Positions 9,905 through 22,407 of a stretch of 64,000 bases of DNA are shown here, piece by piece (position 1 is the stretch's first letter; each line of letters begins with the position of its first letter). Position numbers and translations under genes: made by a program. The DNA is from Lytechinus pictus (Eukaryota). The notes under the pieces were generated by a model. It saw nothing but the letters and a program-made list of their open reading frames with translations, was not told the origin of the DNA and did not search any database. The DNA lies in the NCBI RefSeq assembly GCF_037042905.1, contig NC_087246.1:36518001-36582000 (forward strand), read 5' to 3'.

Positions 9905-12900
9905 TTACTCTATTTTTGTTTTTCTATGTGTGAAACAACAATTGATACATCGTTTACAACATGAAACGAGAAGGAAGACGATAACGAGTACCATCCCAAC
10001 GATGAAAGCGAGGACGTCGATCGAATGAAGCTGGATGAAGTTTAGCTCCAGAGCTCTCGATCTCAGATGTGATCCTCCAAAGTTCAGGATGTTTTCAACC
10101 CAAAAAACGACAACATCATCCGGTTTGGAAAGAGAGTCCATGTAAATTCCTGAATACCGTTGGACATTCTCCAGGTAGCTGAAGAGTGGATAGAAGGGAA
10201 GATATATTGAAAAATAAAGAAAGGGAGAGAGGGAACGAAATATTATGTTTTAATAATGGTTATGTACAGCGTAATGAATATCATGCGAATTGTGAGTTAT
10301 GACCTAAGGGGAAATTAATGACCATAGTAGAAAAATTATATTGATTGAATAATTTTCGATAATTTTCATCATCTTTCGAATAGCCATCTCGTCCATGATA
10401 TGGGTAACGTTGCTTCAGATAGTTATAACACGGAATTGACCCATCAAATAGCAGTATTCTCCATAAATGTAACAGAATTGGCAAATCAAATTAAGTTGGA
10501 TGAATTCTCTAAGCAAATAGTAAGCTTTCATTGCCATCATGGTCAATATATCGAAAGAAAAAAAATCCTTCAATTACTGCTATTACAAAATAATTTTGTG
10601 TTTGTATGATTGCTATTAGACATTAAATAGAAAATACATTTCGTGATGTGAAGAGATTTTCTAAAAAAGTATCAGGCCTATATATATTTGATAATTGCTA
10701 AAATAATACAATTTCAAGGTACAACATAGCTGTCAGCAAGAAGTGCTAAGAAAACATTCATTTTACCTGGGATCTTCGAGTACGTCAGTCAGAGCTTCCC
10801 TGACGACATCGTAAGTGATGGAGTCTTTCTCAATCACTCTTCCCATTGATTTCGCCTCGACCCTGACAGCATTAGAAGGTTGATCAGCAAAGATCGGCAT
10901 GATAACCATGGGGACGCCATGCCTGATGGCTTCATAGATGCCTGCCAACCCGCCGTGGTAGATGAGAAGCCGAGCTTTGGGGTGACCTGGATATATCATT
11001 TCAGGACACAAAAATCGGGGATTTTTTTTCACTTAATATTGTTAAATGCTACTTCAAATCCTCACATCTGATTTGCTGAGAGCAAATTAGTGAGTGAAAA
11101 CATTGATGAAACTCGCTGATGTGGTTTACGGTACACCATGTGAAGTGTTGTAGAAACAGTGGATAGGAGAAGAGAAGAAATGGATAGGCGAGAAAGTGGA
11201 GATTTGAGAGTAGAGTATTCTTTCTTGAAAGTAGTCCTGAAAAGGACTGTAAACCAGGAAAGATTGATGAGTTGAGAACAGCTTGAGTAGTAGAGCTAGT
11301 GAGGAGATGCTGGCTTGAGTCGGCGAGTAGAGATGATGAGTAGTAGAGAGACTCGACGTTTCGGGCAGGTTGACTGTCCGTCTTCAGGAGACGGACAGGA
11401 GACGGACACTCCTGAAGACGGACAGTCAACCTGCCCGAAACGTCGAGTCTCTCTACTACTCATCATCTCTACTCGCCGACTCAAGCCAGCATCTCCTCAC
11501 TAGCTCTACTACTCAAGCTGTTCTCAACTCATCAATCTTTCCTGGTTTACAGTCCTTTTCAGGACTACTTTCAAGAAAGAATACTCTACTCTCAAATCTC
11601 CACTTTCTCGCCTATCCATTTCTTCTCTTCTCCTATCCACTGTTTCTACAACACTTCACATGGTGTACCGTAAACCACATCAGCAATTGTACATACCACC
11701 ATGCAAACCTTCAAACAACATTGATGAAACTATTCATGAAATGTCCCCTGTTATCCGATAATTCACCGTTGAAAGTTGTTACAGATTGTTACAAACGAAC
11801 GATACTTCGATACTTGCGTCAGAAACTCGAGTACATTTATTTGTGTCCACCCATCATCCATAATACAATACATCTTAAGGAGACATCATTTTCTTTTCTC
11901 TATCGCAAACAATACTTCCAGATAAAGTGAAAGTGAAGAGGTTGAATTTTTAAGGCTTGAACTGGATACCTAAATGAAATGTTACGTACCCAATAAATCA
12001 TTTTGTGGCATCCATTTGACCAGCATAGTGTTGTTACCAAGGTTACGAGGGCGTGGTCCGGTATAACGCCAGATGACTCTCTGTGGAAGCTCGCTGAAGA
12101 CTCTCGCAAAAGCCTCTGTCATCTCCGGCTTTGGAAGTTCACTAAAATGTGTACCCTGGTAAGGGGAAAACCATCAATCAGTCATTACATCAACTGCTGT
12201 AATGATATGCATATATTTGGGTATCCACGGATATCTCTTGAAATTGAGCTATATCGGTATTACATGGCTTTCTGCTTTTAAGACGAACATGTGGAAAATG
12301 ATCGATTTTGATATGCATTTTACTTAAAAGTAAACCAAACAAATTATTTCTGTAACAAGTTTAAAACATCCCACACTTTTTATTCAGTTCTTAGGAACAA
12401 AAATGCTTCAAGGCATTGTGTGAACAATTTTACACCGCTTGCTTTCGTTTTATTTTGTACTGTTAGCACTTAAAGGCCCAGCTCTTCTAATTCCATTTCT
12501 AGTAAACATCTTGATACATAATTTCAAAGACCATTAAGACGGTTACTTACCAGTGAAAATATGATGAAACCGTGATCGCCAGATCCATCGATGAAATCGG
12601 CGTACTCCTTTGACAAAAAAGAACGCCGTGTGAGTTAAAAAAGAGTATACATAAAGCAAGTGAAAAAGAAGATCAAAGGGCATTTTCACAGTTATGGGTC
12701 GACAGGGGTAAGGTATTTATTTTAATAGACCGTATTATGATGTCAATATCACCATAATAACTTTCATTAATCACGAAACATTGGATGCACTGTACATCAC
12801 ATAACCCGTTTTTCATATCGGTAAGCTCTATCATACAGGATCTTGCCCTTTAAGATTTGATATAGAGTTCGTGATAAAAATTATGTCACAGATGTGAATC

Positions 12901-13969
12901 TTAATAAAAAGGCTACTATCGATCTTTCAGGGCAAATTACCGTTCTAGGATTTATAGACACTGGCGTTTCGCAACTCCACATCTTCATAATTCCAAACCA
13001 CATAAACTGAAAATGTCCTACTAGCAGCCTGCATGGTATTTGAATGTTTCAACTGTATTTGGGGAGATCTGACGGAACTAGTCTCGTTGTATAACTTACC
13101 TTTGGCAAGGGTTTCAAGGGGGAATCTGTAAGGCCTTTCAATTCGATCCAGTTCGGTGTGGTGGGTCGAGGAAAATCAAATGCGAAGCTCGTCATGCACA
13201 TCCACAACTCTGCTCCGCCTAGGAGATCTTGGATGCTTTGACCGGGTGCGATACCATGTTTCTCCTTCACCTCATTCAAAGCGCCAAAGTGGGACCATCC
13301 CAGTAAGCTTGCTATCACGTGATGCTCAAAGAAGCTGCCAACCCGCTCCAGAAAGGACATCTTGTCAGAGAAAGGGAAGAAACCGAATGGCACATACGAC
13401 GACGGCGTTGGCACACCGTAGGTGTGTTCGTTGAACAGAGGATATCTTGTCCCGGTGGTCACAGCTATGAAGGGTATACCGAGGTAACTACTGAGCATTG
13501 CATCACACCCGTCGAAGGAATCGCCTATGAGGATGTCAAATGAAGATTCCTTAAGGACGGAGAGCGTCGCAGAGTCATCAAATAGGCTCTGACACCCGAT
13601 CCGCATGACGGAGAAAATCATCCCCATGATATTGAGTTTCTTCTTCAGGTCAGACTCAAAAGCAAGACCGATTAATTCTCGTTCAAGGTTCTCCAGATCT
13701 GGCAATTCGGGTGGTAACTTGAATTGGTACTGGACGGCCTTGTCGTATGTATCCTCATGGAAACCCTTGGTCCCAACTGTGGAGCTTGTGAGGATTGTCA
13801 CATTGTGGCTACCTTTGGTTAGTGCTCCTCCTATGGCTGACATCCCTTTCGAATGACTGCTCTCTCCTGGAACAAACAGTGATATGAGGATCTTGGCCCC
13901 AGTGGCCAAAGAAATGACATCGATTAAGAGAATGAAGAGGGTGAGGAAACAATAGGTGATCTCCATCAT
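9905..13969 (-). CDS. UDP-glycosyltransferase (UGT-B), 5 coding exons, about 528 aa
   Basis: Exons 13969-13100 (870), 12607-12551 (57), 12155-11990 (166), 10986-10767 (220) and 10178-9905 (274), all GT-AG, total 1587 nt in frame. Signal peptide, SSH catalytic His, DILIGD, FDFPRP, WMPQNDLLGHPKARLLIYHGG...FADQ signature, TM helix, tail KTKIE*. Confidence 0.95.
11352..11390 (-). ncRNA. Minimal type-I hammerhead ribozyme motif (mirror copy, sense with the UGT-B pre-mRNA)
   Basis: Exact reverse complement of the 11409-11447 motif. Confidence 0.7.
11409..11447 (+). ncRNA. Minimal type-I hammerhead ribozyme motif
   Basis: CTC-CTGAAGA-c-GGACAG-tcaac-CTGCCC-GAAA-CG-TC^-GAG: CUGANGA and GAAA boxes, stem II with one mismatch, palindromic ACGU stem III, GUC cleavage triplet (after 11444), stem I CTC/GAG. 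Confidence 0.72.
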
Positions 13970-14895
13970 ACCAACGTTTTCTCCTCAAACTACGGTAGGT
14001 ATTATTTGATGGGATTCATCCAGGGGTAAAATTACCTGTAAAAGTAAAGAGGTTTAACCATTGAATGGTGACTGTTAGTGGATGCGACAAGTTTATAAAG
14101 GATGTTAGAAAACTAACACGTACGTTTATGATCCAGATGGGCATAGGCTAACATTGATATGACTGTTTAAAAAATCTGAGTCACATTTCACATTGTCCAC
14201 TATACCCAGCATCAACTATGACAAAGAAATGCATAGGCCCATGCTCAAGCATAAATTATAATAGTCACTATTGTCCCCAGACAATTGGGCACATGAAATG
14301 CTTTGTAGGATCTGTTGCTGGATATGCGCCTGTTGTGTCTGTGATTATGAGACAAAAATGAAGCCCGGAAGAAAAAAAAAATCGCGTTCGAAAATCATTA
14401 ATTAGTGCTTCAAAAAAGTGTAATATAAAGTGACAAGAAACACCGTCTTAATTCTATCACATAGCACGGACCTACTACTCTGGCAGAGTAGGAGTTCCAT
14501 TGTCCTATTAATATAACGACTCGAATTATAAAATCGTGGTTTGCGTTGTTGATTGTTTTCATGTTCTGATACATGTGCTCATACACAGTCATGCTTCATC
14601 TTGGTCTGAGAATTTTTTTCCGAAAAGGTAGTACATGCCATGGCCTGGGAAGCGGGGGTTCTGAATCTTATCCAGAGTACAGAGTTGAAAAAAGGCTAGC
14701 TGACGTGCTGAAGTGACTCTCCCGATCGGATCAATTTTTGGAGAAAATTTCATCCTTTTGACAGAAATTTTTTACTTTTCTTCTGGAAGTTGATTTCATG
14801 TGCATATACTCTTGTAATTGAGATTCAGAGACTGCATGGGTGAGTTGGATTTTACGAGATAATGTAGCATTTAAGATTTGGGCTTTAACTGCACT

Positions 14896-17552
14896 CATCG
14901 GCGGATCCAGGGGGGTGGCGCAGGGGGCGCGCGCCCCCCCCTAATATCTGAGCGGCGCCGAAGGCGCCGCTCAAAATAAAAAATAAAAGAAAAGTAAAAG
15001 AAAGAAAAGGCGCCGCTTGAAAAAATAAAAATAAAGGAAAGAAAAGAAAATGCGCTGCTTAAAAAAATTATACACTGATATGAGCAACAATAAAGGAAAG
15101 ACTATCCCCCAGCAAAGCACAATCATATCATCTTCCTTATCTTTTCTTTTAACTACCTTTTTCCAAACAACTTCGACGGTAGCAGTGCGCTGCCTGTATC
15201 TCATTGGCGCCAATCAAGAATAATCAGCGTCACCTTAATCTAAATCGGCGCCGGACAAGAATAATCAGTGCTATTTGGTTACAAATCGGCGCCAGTCAAG
15301 AAAAATCGGCACTGCCAGAGTCTTAACCGGCGCCGATCAAGGACAATTAGCGCCACCTAAATCTAAATCGGCGCCGGACAAGAATAATCGGCGCCATCTG
15401 GTTATGAATCGGCGCCGGTAAAGAAAAATCGGCGCTGCCTGAGGTCTTAACCGGCGCCGATCAAGGATAATCAGCGCCACCTATTATCTAAATCGGGGCT
15501 GGTCAAGAATAATCAGCGCCATCTGGTTGTAAATCGGCGCTGCCTGAGTCTTAACCGGCGCCGATCAAGAATAATCAGCTCCACCTAAATTTAAATCGGC
15601 GCCGGACAAGAATAATCGGCGCCATCTGGTTATAAATCGGCGCCGGTAAAGAAAAATTGGTGCTGCCTGAGTTATTAACCGGCGCTGATCAAGGATAATC
15701 AGCGCCACCTATATCTAAATCGGGGCTGGTCAAGAATAATCAGCGCCACCTGGTTATAGATCGGCCGAGATCAGCGCTGCCTGAGTCTTAACCGGCGCCG
15801 ATCAAGAATAATCAGCTCCACCTAAATCTAATTCGGCGCCAGACAAGAATAATCGGCGCCATCTGGTTATAAATCGGCGCCAGTCAAGAATAATCGGCGC
15901 CTCCTGGTTCTAAATCGGCGCCAGTCGATTATGAATTGCCGCTGTCTGAATCTTACGTGACGTCGGTAAAAATAATCAGCGCTACTTGTTTAAATCGGCG
16001 CCTGTCAAGACAAATCGGTGCTGCCTTTGTCTTAACCGGCGTCATCTAAATTTAAATCGTTTCCGGTCAAGAATGATCAGCGTCCCCTGATTCCAATAAA
16101 TAGGCGCCGGTAGAATAATGAAGAAGGGCCTATTGCTAACCAAATCTAGATCGGCGCCGGTCAAGAATGATCAGCGGCACCCGGCACCCAATAATTCCGC
16201 ATGTGCAAAAATACAATAAGATGGTAATGTTACGCAGAAATCAGCAAACGAGAATGAGCTACACAACTCGTTCTTTATTTAAAATCGTGCTCAAATTGTC
16301 CGCTTTTCAGATTGGAATATAAAAATTTTCAGCTCGCGCTTCGCGCTCGCATCATTTCCGTAGCAAAACCCCATACTTTTCATGATTAGATAGGTGAATA
16401 GAATGTCCCGTTTTCAGTTCTGAACCTCAAAAGAACTCCCGCTTCGATTTGCAATAATTTTTTGTTGGATATAATCTTGTTCTTTATTAAAAACGTCCAT
16501 TAAACTCATTTTTTTTCAGATCGAAATATCAAAATTTTAAGCTCGCGTTTCGCGCTGGCATCTATTGTTTTTTTTAAATACCCATCTTAATCATTGGTAC
16601 CAAAAATGCTTAGAATATCAAGCTTTCTGGTCAGAATATAAAGACATTTCAGCTCGCCCTCGGCACTCGCATTATCTGTTTAGTGAGATATGTATCCTCC
16701 TCATGAGTTACTATTATAGTAACTCATGAGGAGTCCTGTTTTTCAGGTCAGTATCCTATAAAAATTTCAGCTCGCGCTTCGCGCTCGCATTAATTTGTCG
16801 GTGAGATATGTGTCTCTATCTCATGAGTCATGTGTGTGAGTTAGTTTGCTTTGTGTGATCGAGCGCCTTTGGAAAGTTGATTCATGATTTTGCCCCCCCC
16901 CCCCCAATCTGAAAAAAAGGATGGACGCCCCTGTGTGTGTATATATATAGTTAAGAAAAAAATCATTTGTATCTCAATTAATATACAAAAATAATGGCCT
17001 CATCGCAATAAAAGTGTAAGTACACGAGATTTTGAAATCGCACATAACATAAATATGTGTTACTTTATGCTTGTTTCTTTCTTTAATAAGTTTCTAAATC
17101 TCTCTCTCTATATGTTTTAAAAAGATTATATGTTTAAATTGATGTATATTTTCTGTTATAATGAGATATGTTTAAGTGAACTTCAGGGAATGGTCGTACA
17201 CAGCAAGGGGGAAGGGGGGGGGCAAATTCCTGATCAGCTGTTGTGAAAACACATTTTTTCCTTAACATTTCATGAAAATTATGAAAAATGTGCAAATGTG
17301 AGATGTGCACCAAATACTTTTATAGCTCGGTCCGTTTACTCTATCGTTTTTATTTATTTTTTTTTTCAAAAATATGTTCGAGTCTTGCCCCCCCCCCCGA
17401 AGATATTATCCTATATTTTGAAAAGAGTATTTGACAGGGTCAGACTTTACCCCTTTTCAACATTTTCTTTTATGGCGCCGGTGAAGTGTAAAAATATGTG
17501 CGCCGCTCGGCAGTGCGCCCCCCCCTTTCGCCAAAAGCTGGATCCGCCTATG
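14896..17552. mobile_element. Large non-autonomous hAT-like element carrying internal satellites
   Basis: TIR CATCGGCGGATCCAG/CTGGATCCGCCTATG flanked by 5-bp direct repeat GCACT; an additional TIR-like end near 16933. Confidence 0.62.
15205..16180. repeat. GC-rich minisatellite, about 20-bp AATCGGCGCC subunits in a 105-125-bp higher-order repeat
   Basis: CTAAATCGG(C/G)GC(C/T)GG(A/T)CAAGAATAATC recurs near 15240, 15363, 15488, 15591, 15715 and 15828. Confidence 0.88.
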
Positions 17553-17622
17553 GCACTCTAGTACTAATTCACGCACACACGTGGCGGAATTTAAAATTCC
17601 CGCCTCTCCCACCGCACCCAAT

Positions 17623-19028
17623 ATGGCGTCGACTTCCGCTCCGGAAGTCGACCCTTTTGACATGGACGAGGATGTCCGGACTGTCACGTATAAAAAACGC
17701 CAAAATAAACGCAAACGTGAAGGAAGTCTGGCGGTAGAATCTATCTCGCTCAGAGCGGACTCCTCTTCCAGCGATTCTGAATCACGAAATACTGACTACA
17801 AAACAAAACCCCCTCTCCTAACCGCAGCACTTTCATTCATAGCACCAATCATCTGAAAACTCTAATTGTCCCAATCGACAAGAAAAAATCATTGAAGAAT
17901 GTAAACCCAAAAGATATTGCGAAGTCAATTAAAGAATGTGTTGGTTTGTCTCCTATTGAGCGGATCAACCATGTGTACGCTGGAATTCTAGTCCAATGTA
18001 AAAACGAAAAACAACATCGAAGCCTACAGCAAATCCAGTCAATTGGTAATATTCCGGTAAAAGTCCAAGAGAAAGCTGTTGGCGCTAGAGGAATAATCTC
18101 AAGAATCCCTATAGATATGACAGATAAAGAAATAGAAGAAGAATTGAAACACCAAAATGTAATAGCAGCAAAAAGAAAGATGTCAAAAAGAACTGGAAAT
18201 AATGAAAACGATTACCAACCCATTTTCGTCCCAACTAGGAGTGTTATTTTAACATTTAATAAGCAACTTCCAGAAAATATTACAATGTGTTTTCAATCAT
18301 TTAAAGTTGCACTTTATATTCCGCCAGTATCTAGGTGTTACAGATGCCAAATGTTTGGGCACACAGTTGTTCAATGTAGATCTAAATTGAGATGTGTAAG
18401 ATGTGGAGAACCACACTCTTTCAATGAATGTCCAAGAAAAGACAATCCAGGCTGCCCAAACTGCGGAGAGGCACACTCCGCTGCCTACAACGGATGTAAA
18501 GAAGCAAAAAAGGCGAAGCAAGTTCAGAGAATTAAATATGAAAGTAAATTAACATACGCTCAAGCTACGAAAGTTTGGGGCGAAAGGCAAAACCAATCTG
18601 TTCCTAACTCAAATCCAATCCCAGAACAGGTTCACCAAGATCCCCCACAACAGGGCTCTCATCGACCTCATCAACCCATTAGGCCTTCCGAACTCCAATC
18701 CAATAGAGCTCCCCCATCCAACAGCGCTCCCCCAACCCAAACTTCAAGTAGATCTATACCCCCACCTTACGAAGCACCGAGGAAAGTTCCATCTAGCACA
18801 TACTTGAACCCCCAGAGTCTAGATATTGAAAATGATGTGAACAACCCCCCAACAGAGATGTTACCAACAACAGAAGCATGTGAGAGGTTGATAATTTCCA
18901 TAGTTGAATTATTGAAATCTTTTTCCAAAGATATAAGTGAAAAGAATATCATTCACCTAATTAAGGTGTCATCAGAAAGACTTATACTCAGGGGCTCAGG
19001 CCCAGTTCAGCCTGACGACCAGAGCTAG
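17623..19028 (+). pseudogene. LINE ORF1 (gag-like, zinc knuckles), frameshifted near 17830-17890
   Basis: ATG 17623 (MASTSAPEV...) is in a different frame from the 17892-19028 ORF, which carries CYRCQMFGHTVVQC, CVRCGEPHSFNEC and CPNCGEAHSAAYNGC. Confidence 0.85.
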
Positions 19029-19217
19029 TTCTATTACATCATTATTAGCTGTGCTTTCCATTATTCAGTGGAACGCACAAGGTCTACCAGCTCATGGAGC
19101 TGAGCTCTTGAAATTTGTCAATAGCAAAAATAAAGCAAATGAAATAGTCCATCTTATTTGTGTACAAGAAACGTGGTTTAATGACAATATTAATTTATAC
19201 TTTCCAGAATATACCTG

Positions 19218-20049
19218 CACTGTAAAAAAAATCTTTGAATCAGTAGTTAACACTTAATGTATTTAAGTAGAATTTACAATTTGTAATTATTTTTCGTTGT
19301 TTTTAAGTAGTTTCAACTTGTCTTTTAATTTACTTGATTTACTTGATTTATTTGGGTTCAATATACATTTAAGAAAATTCACGTATTGATAGCTTGCTTT
19401 GATTGAGTAAATCTAACTCAATTAGGCAAAGATGATTGTTACTTATAAAATCATGTTGAATGTACTTATATTTTTCAATTAACGCCATATTTAAATAATG
19501 CATGAATATTCATTAGAGCAAGTAAATGTTTTTTTTTTAAATAACTGTCATATCTATTTGTGTTTGAAATTGTTTTGGATAAGGGTGTGCTAACTATTGT
19601 ATTCTTTTGTTGAATCAATGAAAAGGCAATATTAAATAGTCATTTAGCAGAAAATTATTCTCACTGTTTTATTTGTAAGAATGAAACGATCGCGTATAAA
19701 TATAAATGTCAGTACCTATACATGTACAGGTAAGTGACAATTCACAAAGTCTAATATTTGGATAAAACATGTCTAAAATGAAAATGATGCCACCAAAAGT
19801 GGGACGATGGGGGAGCGGACTTTCGAATCACGAAAGTCCACTCCCCCATTTGATATTTTCAAATATTTTGTTGATTGTTTTACTTAATTGAATTAAGTTA
19901 TTGTAACTTAATTTTCTTGAGTAAAATGGAAGCAAAGAAAATAAGTAAATTTTACTTAAAACTGCCAAAGTCATAAATACTTGAAAAAATTAAGGCAATT
20001 TTTTGCCACAATTTTATTAAGTAATTTCTACTAATTTTTTTTTACAGTG
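19218..20049. mobile_element. Non-autonomous CACTA/EnSpm (CMC)-type DNA transposon inserted in the LINE endonuclease
   Basis: TIRs CACTGTAAAAAAAA/TTTTTTTTACAGTG with 2-bp TSD TG. Removing it restores ...PEYTCIPQNRHSQYRGGCAIY in frame. Confidence 0.88.
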
Positions 20050-22407
20050 TGTATCCCCCAAAATAGACACTCCCAATATCGAGGTGGATGTGCAATATAC
20101 ATTCATGATTCAATTCAATATGCCTACCCCTCAATAGAAACGGACCTAGAACTACAAATACTAGATATATATATTGAAGGTCTTACTTGTAGAATTGTTA
20201 ATTTTTATAATCCATGTAAACAACTAAACGATGATATAGTTAAAGAAATCAAACTGAGTATACTAGACCACGGCAATTATATAATAGTAGGAGATTTTAA
20301 TTCTCACAACACCCTGTGGGGAGGTGAAAGAACAGACCATAATGGGAAAATTATTGAAAATCTTATTAATGACACACATATGGTTCTTTTGAATGATGGA
20401 TCTGCCACAAGAATGGACCCGAGGAATGCCAAAACATCAGCTTTAGATCTCTCAATAACTTCACCTTCTTTAGCTGGCAAATGCGAATGGTCCACATCGC
20501 CAACCCAGTTCGGCAGTGATCATTATCCAATTTTTATTGATATAACTCTCGACAAATTACTGAATAATAATAAATTTATGCAAAAAGAAAAAGAGGATAT
20601 CAGATGGCCTTTCCGAACTATGAACTGGGCACTTTTTTCAGTTGAATGTGAAAAGGTTTTTAAGCATGCAGAAAACACTGAAGAAAATTCAGCTGAATTA
20701 TATGGTAAGTTTGTAGACAAAATCACTGGGGTGTTAAATAAAATTTCCCCCCAAAAGAAAAAACAACAGCGTAAGCCGATCCCTTGGTGGAATAAAGAGT
20801 GTTCGGATAAAATAAAGGAGAGAAATAAAGCCAAAAGGAAATTAAACCGAACAATATCTATTGAAAATTTGAATAATTTTTTGAAAAAGAAGGCGGAAGC
20901 GCAGAAAATTCTCCGTCGAAGTGAACAGCAATACTGGAATAATTTTTGTAAGAACCTTAATCGATTTGTCCCAGAATCCACTATTTGGAAGTGCATTAAA
21001 AGACTTAACGGTATACAATCCCATCCCAAGAGAATCCCAGTATTGAAAGACAAAGACACAATTGTCCAATCTGACCAAGACAAGGCAGATTTGTTTGGGA
21101 GATTCTTTCACACGATTTTTACCAAAAAAGCAACGGATTTCACTGAAAACAAACAGAAATCTATTTTCGAACAACATAAACAGAGGGAAAATAATAGACC
21201 AGAGGAAATAAACTCGCATGTCCTGAATGAGGAATTCAGTATTACAGAACTTAATAGAGCTATCGAAAAGAAAGGAAATTCTGCTCCGGGTAAGGATAAA
21301 ATACCTTATGTAGTATACCAAAACCTTCCTCTCGTAGCAAAAGAGTATTTACTTTTGCTCTTCAATTCGATTTTGGAATCTCAACAAATCCCATCCCAGC
21401 TTAAGCACTCAATAATGATCCCAATTTTAAAACATAATGGAAACGCAAGTGATACCTCATCATATCGGCCCATAGCCTTATCATCATGCTTGATAAAAAT
21501 CATGGAAACCATGATCAAGTCAAGGCTCGATTGGTTCCTCGAAAAACATGAAATATTACCATCCTTCATGAACGGTTTCAGAAGAAACCGGAGTGTCATA
21601 GATAGTATAGTGAACCTTGAGAACGACATTCAAAAGAGTATAAATAACAAGGAACATACATTAGCTATCTTTTTGGACATAAACAAAGCATATGATACGA
21701 TATGGATAGAAGGCCTATAATTCGTAAATTGAATGAAATAGGTATACAAGGTAACCTGCTTAGTTTTCTCCACAACTTTTTGAAAGGCCGCACTTATGAA
21801 GTACGTGTTGATAAGCAATTATCAAAAGAATTCAAGATGGATAGAGGTCTCCCCCAAGGTAGTATCCTCAGTCCCACACTTTTTAACATTATGTTACATG
21901 ATATCCCTACAGATCCCTCGATTAAAATTTCACTGTATGCCGATGACTGTGCAATATGGATCTCTGGCAGCAACATCCCTTTCATTACCAAGAAAATACA
22001 AAATTATCTGAATGTTCTATATGATTGGTTCTCCTCATGGGGCCTCCAGCTTTCCCAAAAGAAGACTATCCCCATACTTTTTACTAAGAGCAGAAAATTA
22101 TCTGAGATAAATCTTACTATAAATAGCATACCTTTAAAATGTGAAGATTCGCATCGCTTTTTAGGAATAATTTTTTATAAGAAACTTACCTGGACTCAAC
22201 ATATAGAGAACATTGCAACCAGATGTAAGAAAAAAATGAATATCCTCAGATGTTTAACTGGTACGTCATGGGGAAGCTCTTCTAAGTCCCTATTGATGAT
22301 ATATAGATCCTATATCCGATCCCTCCTGGACTACGGATGTGAGGCATATGATAGTGCTTCAGAAAGTGTTAAGAAAACTTTAGACTCAATACAATACCAA
22401 TCTTTAA

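Larger units (their letters stand above)
11114..11716. mobile_element. Penelope-like/retrozyme-type non-autonomous insertion: inverted pair of pseudo-LTR segments, in the UGT-B intron between coding exons 3 and 4
   Basis: Perfect inverted arms 11115-11390 and 11409-11684 (276 bp) with an 18-nt spacer. 15-bp TSD AACATTGATGAAACT at 11099-11113 and 11717-11731. Hammerhead core in each arm. Confidence 0.8.

Noticed and set aside
11049-11930. Mirror-image ORFs on both strands (126/186 aa and 62/62 aa)
   Set aside because: Artefact of the perfect inverted repeat; low-complexity translation with no domain motifs.
15205-16180. Regularly spaced palindromic GGCGCC repeats resembling a CRISPR array
   Set aside because: The intervening sequences are themselves repeated in a higher-order pattern, the period is about 20 bp, there are no cas genes, and the context is eukaryotic: a minisatellite.
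17580-17625. HDV-like ribozyme at the LINE 5' end (also looked at 62460-62530)
   Set aside because: Only a simple hairpin (GGCGGAATTT/AAATTCCCGCC) is visible; I could not assemble the nested double pseudoknot.
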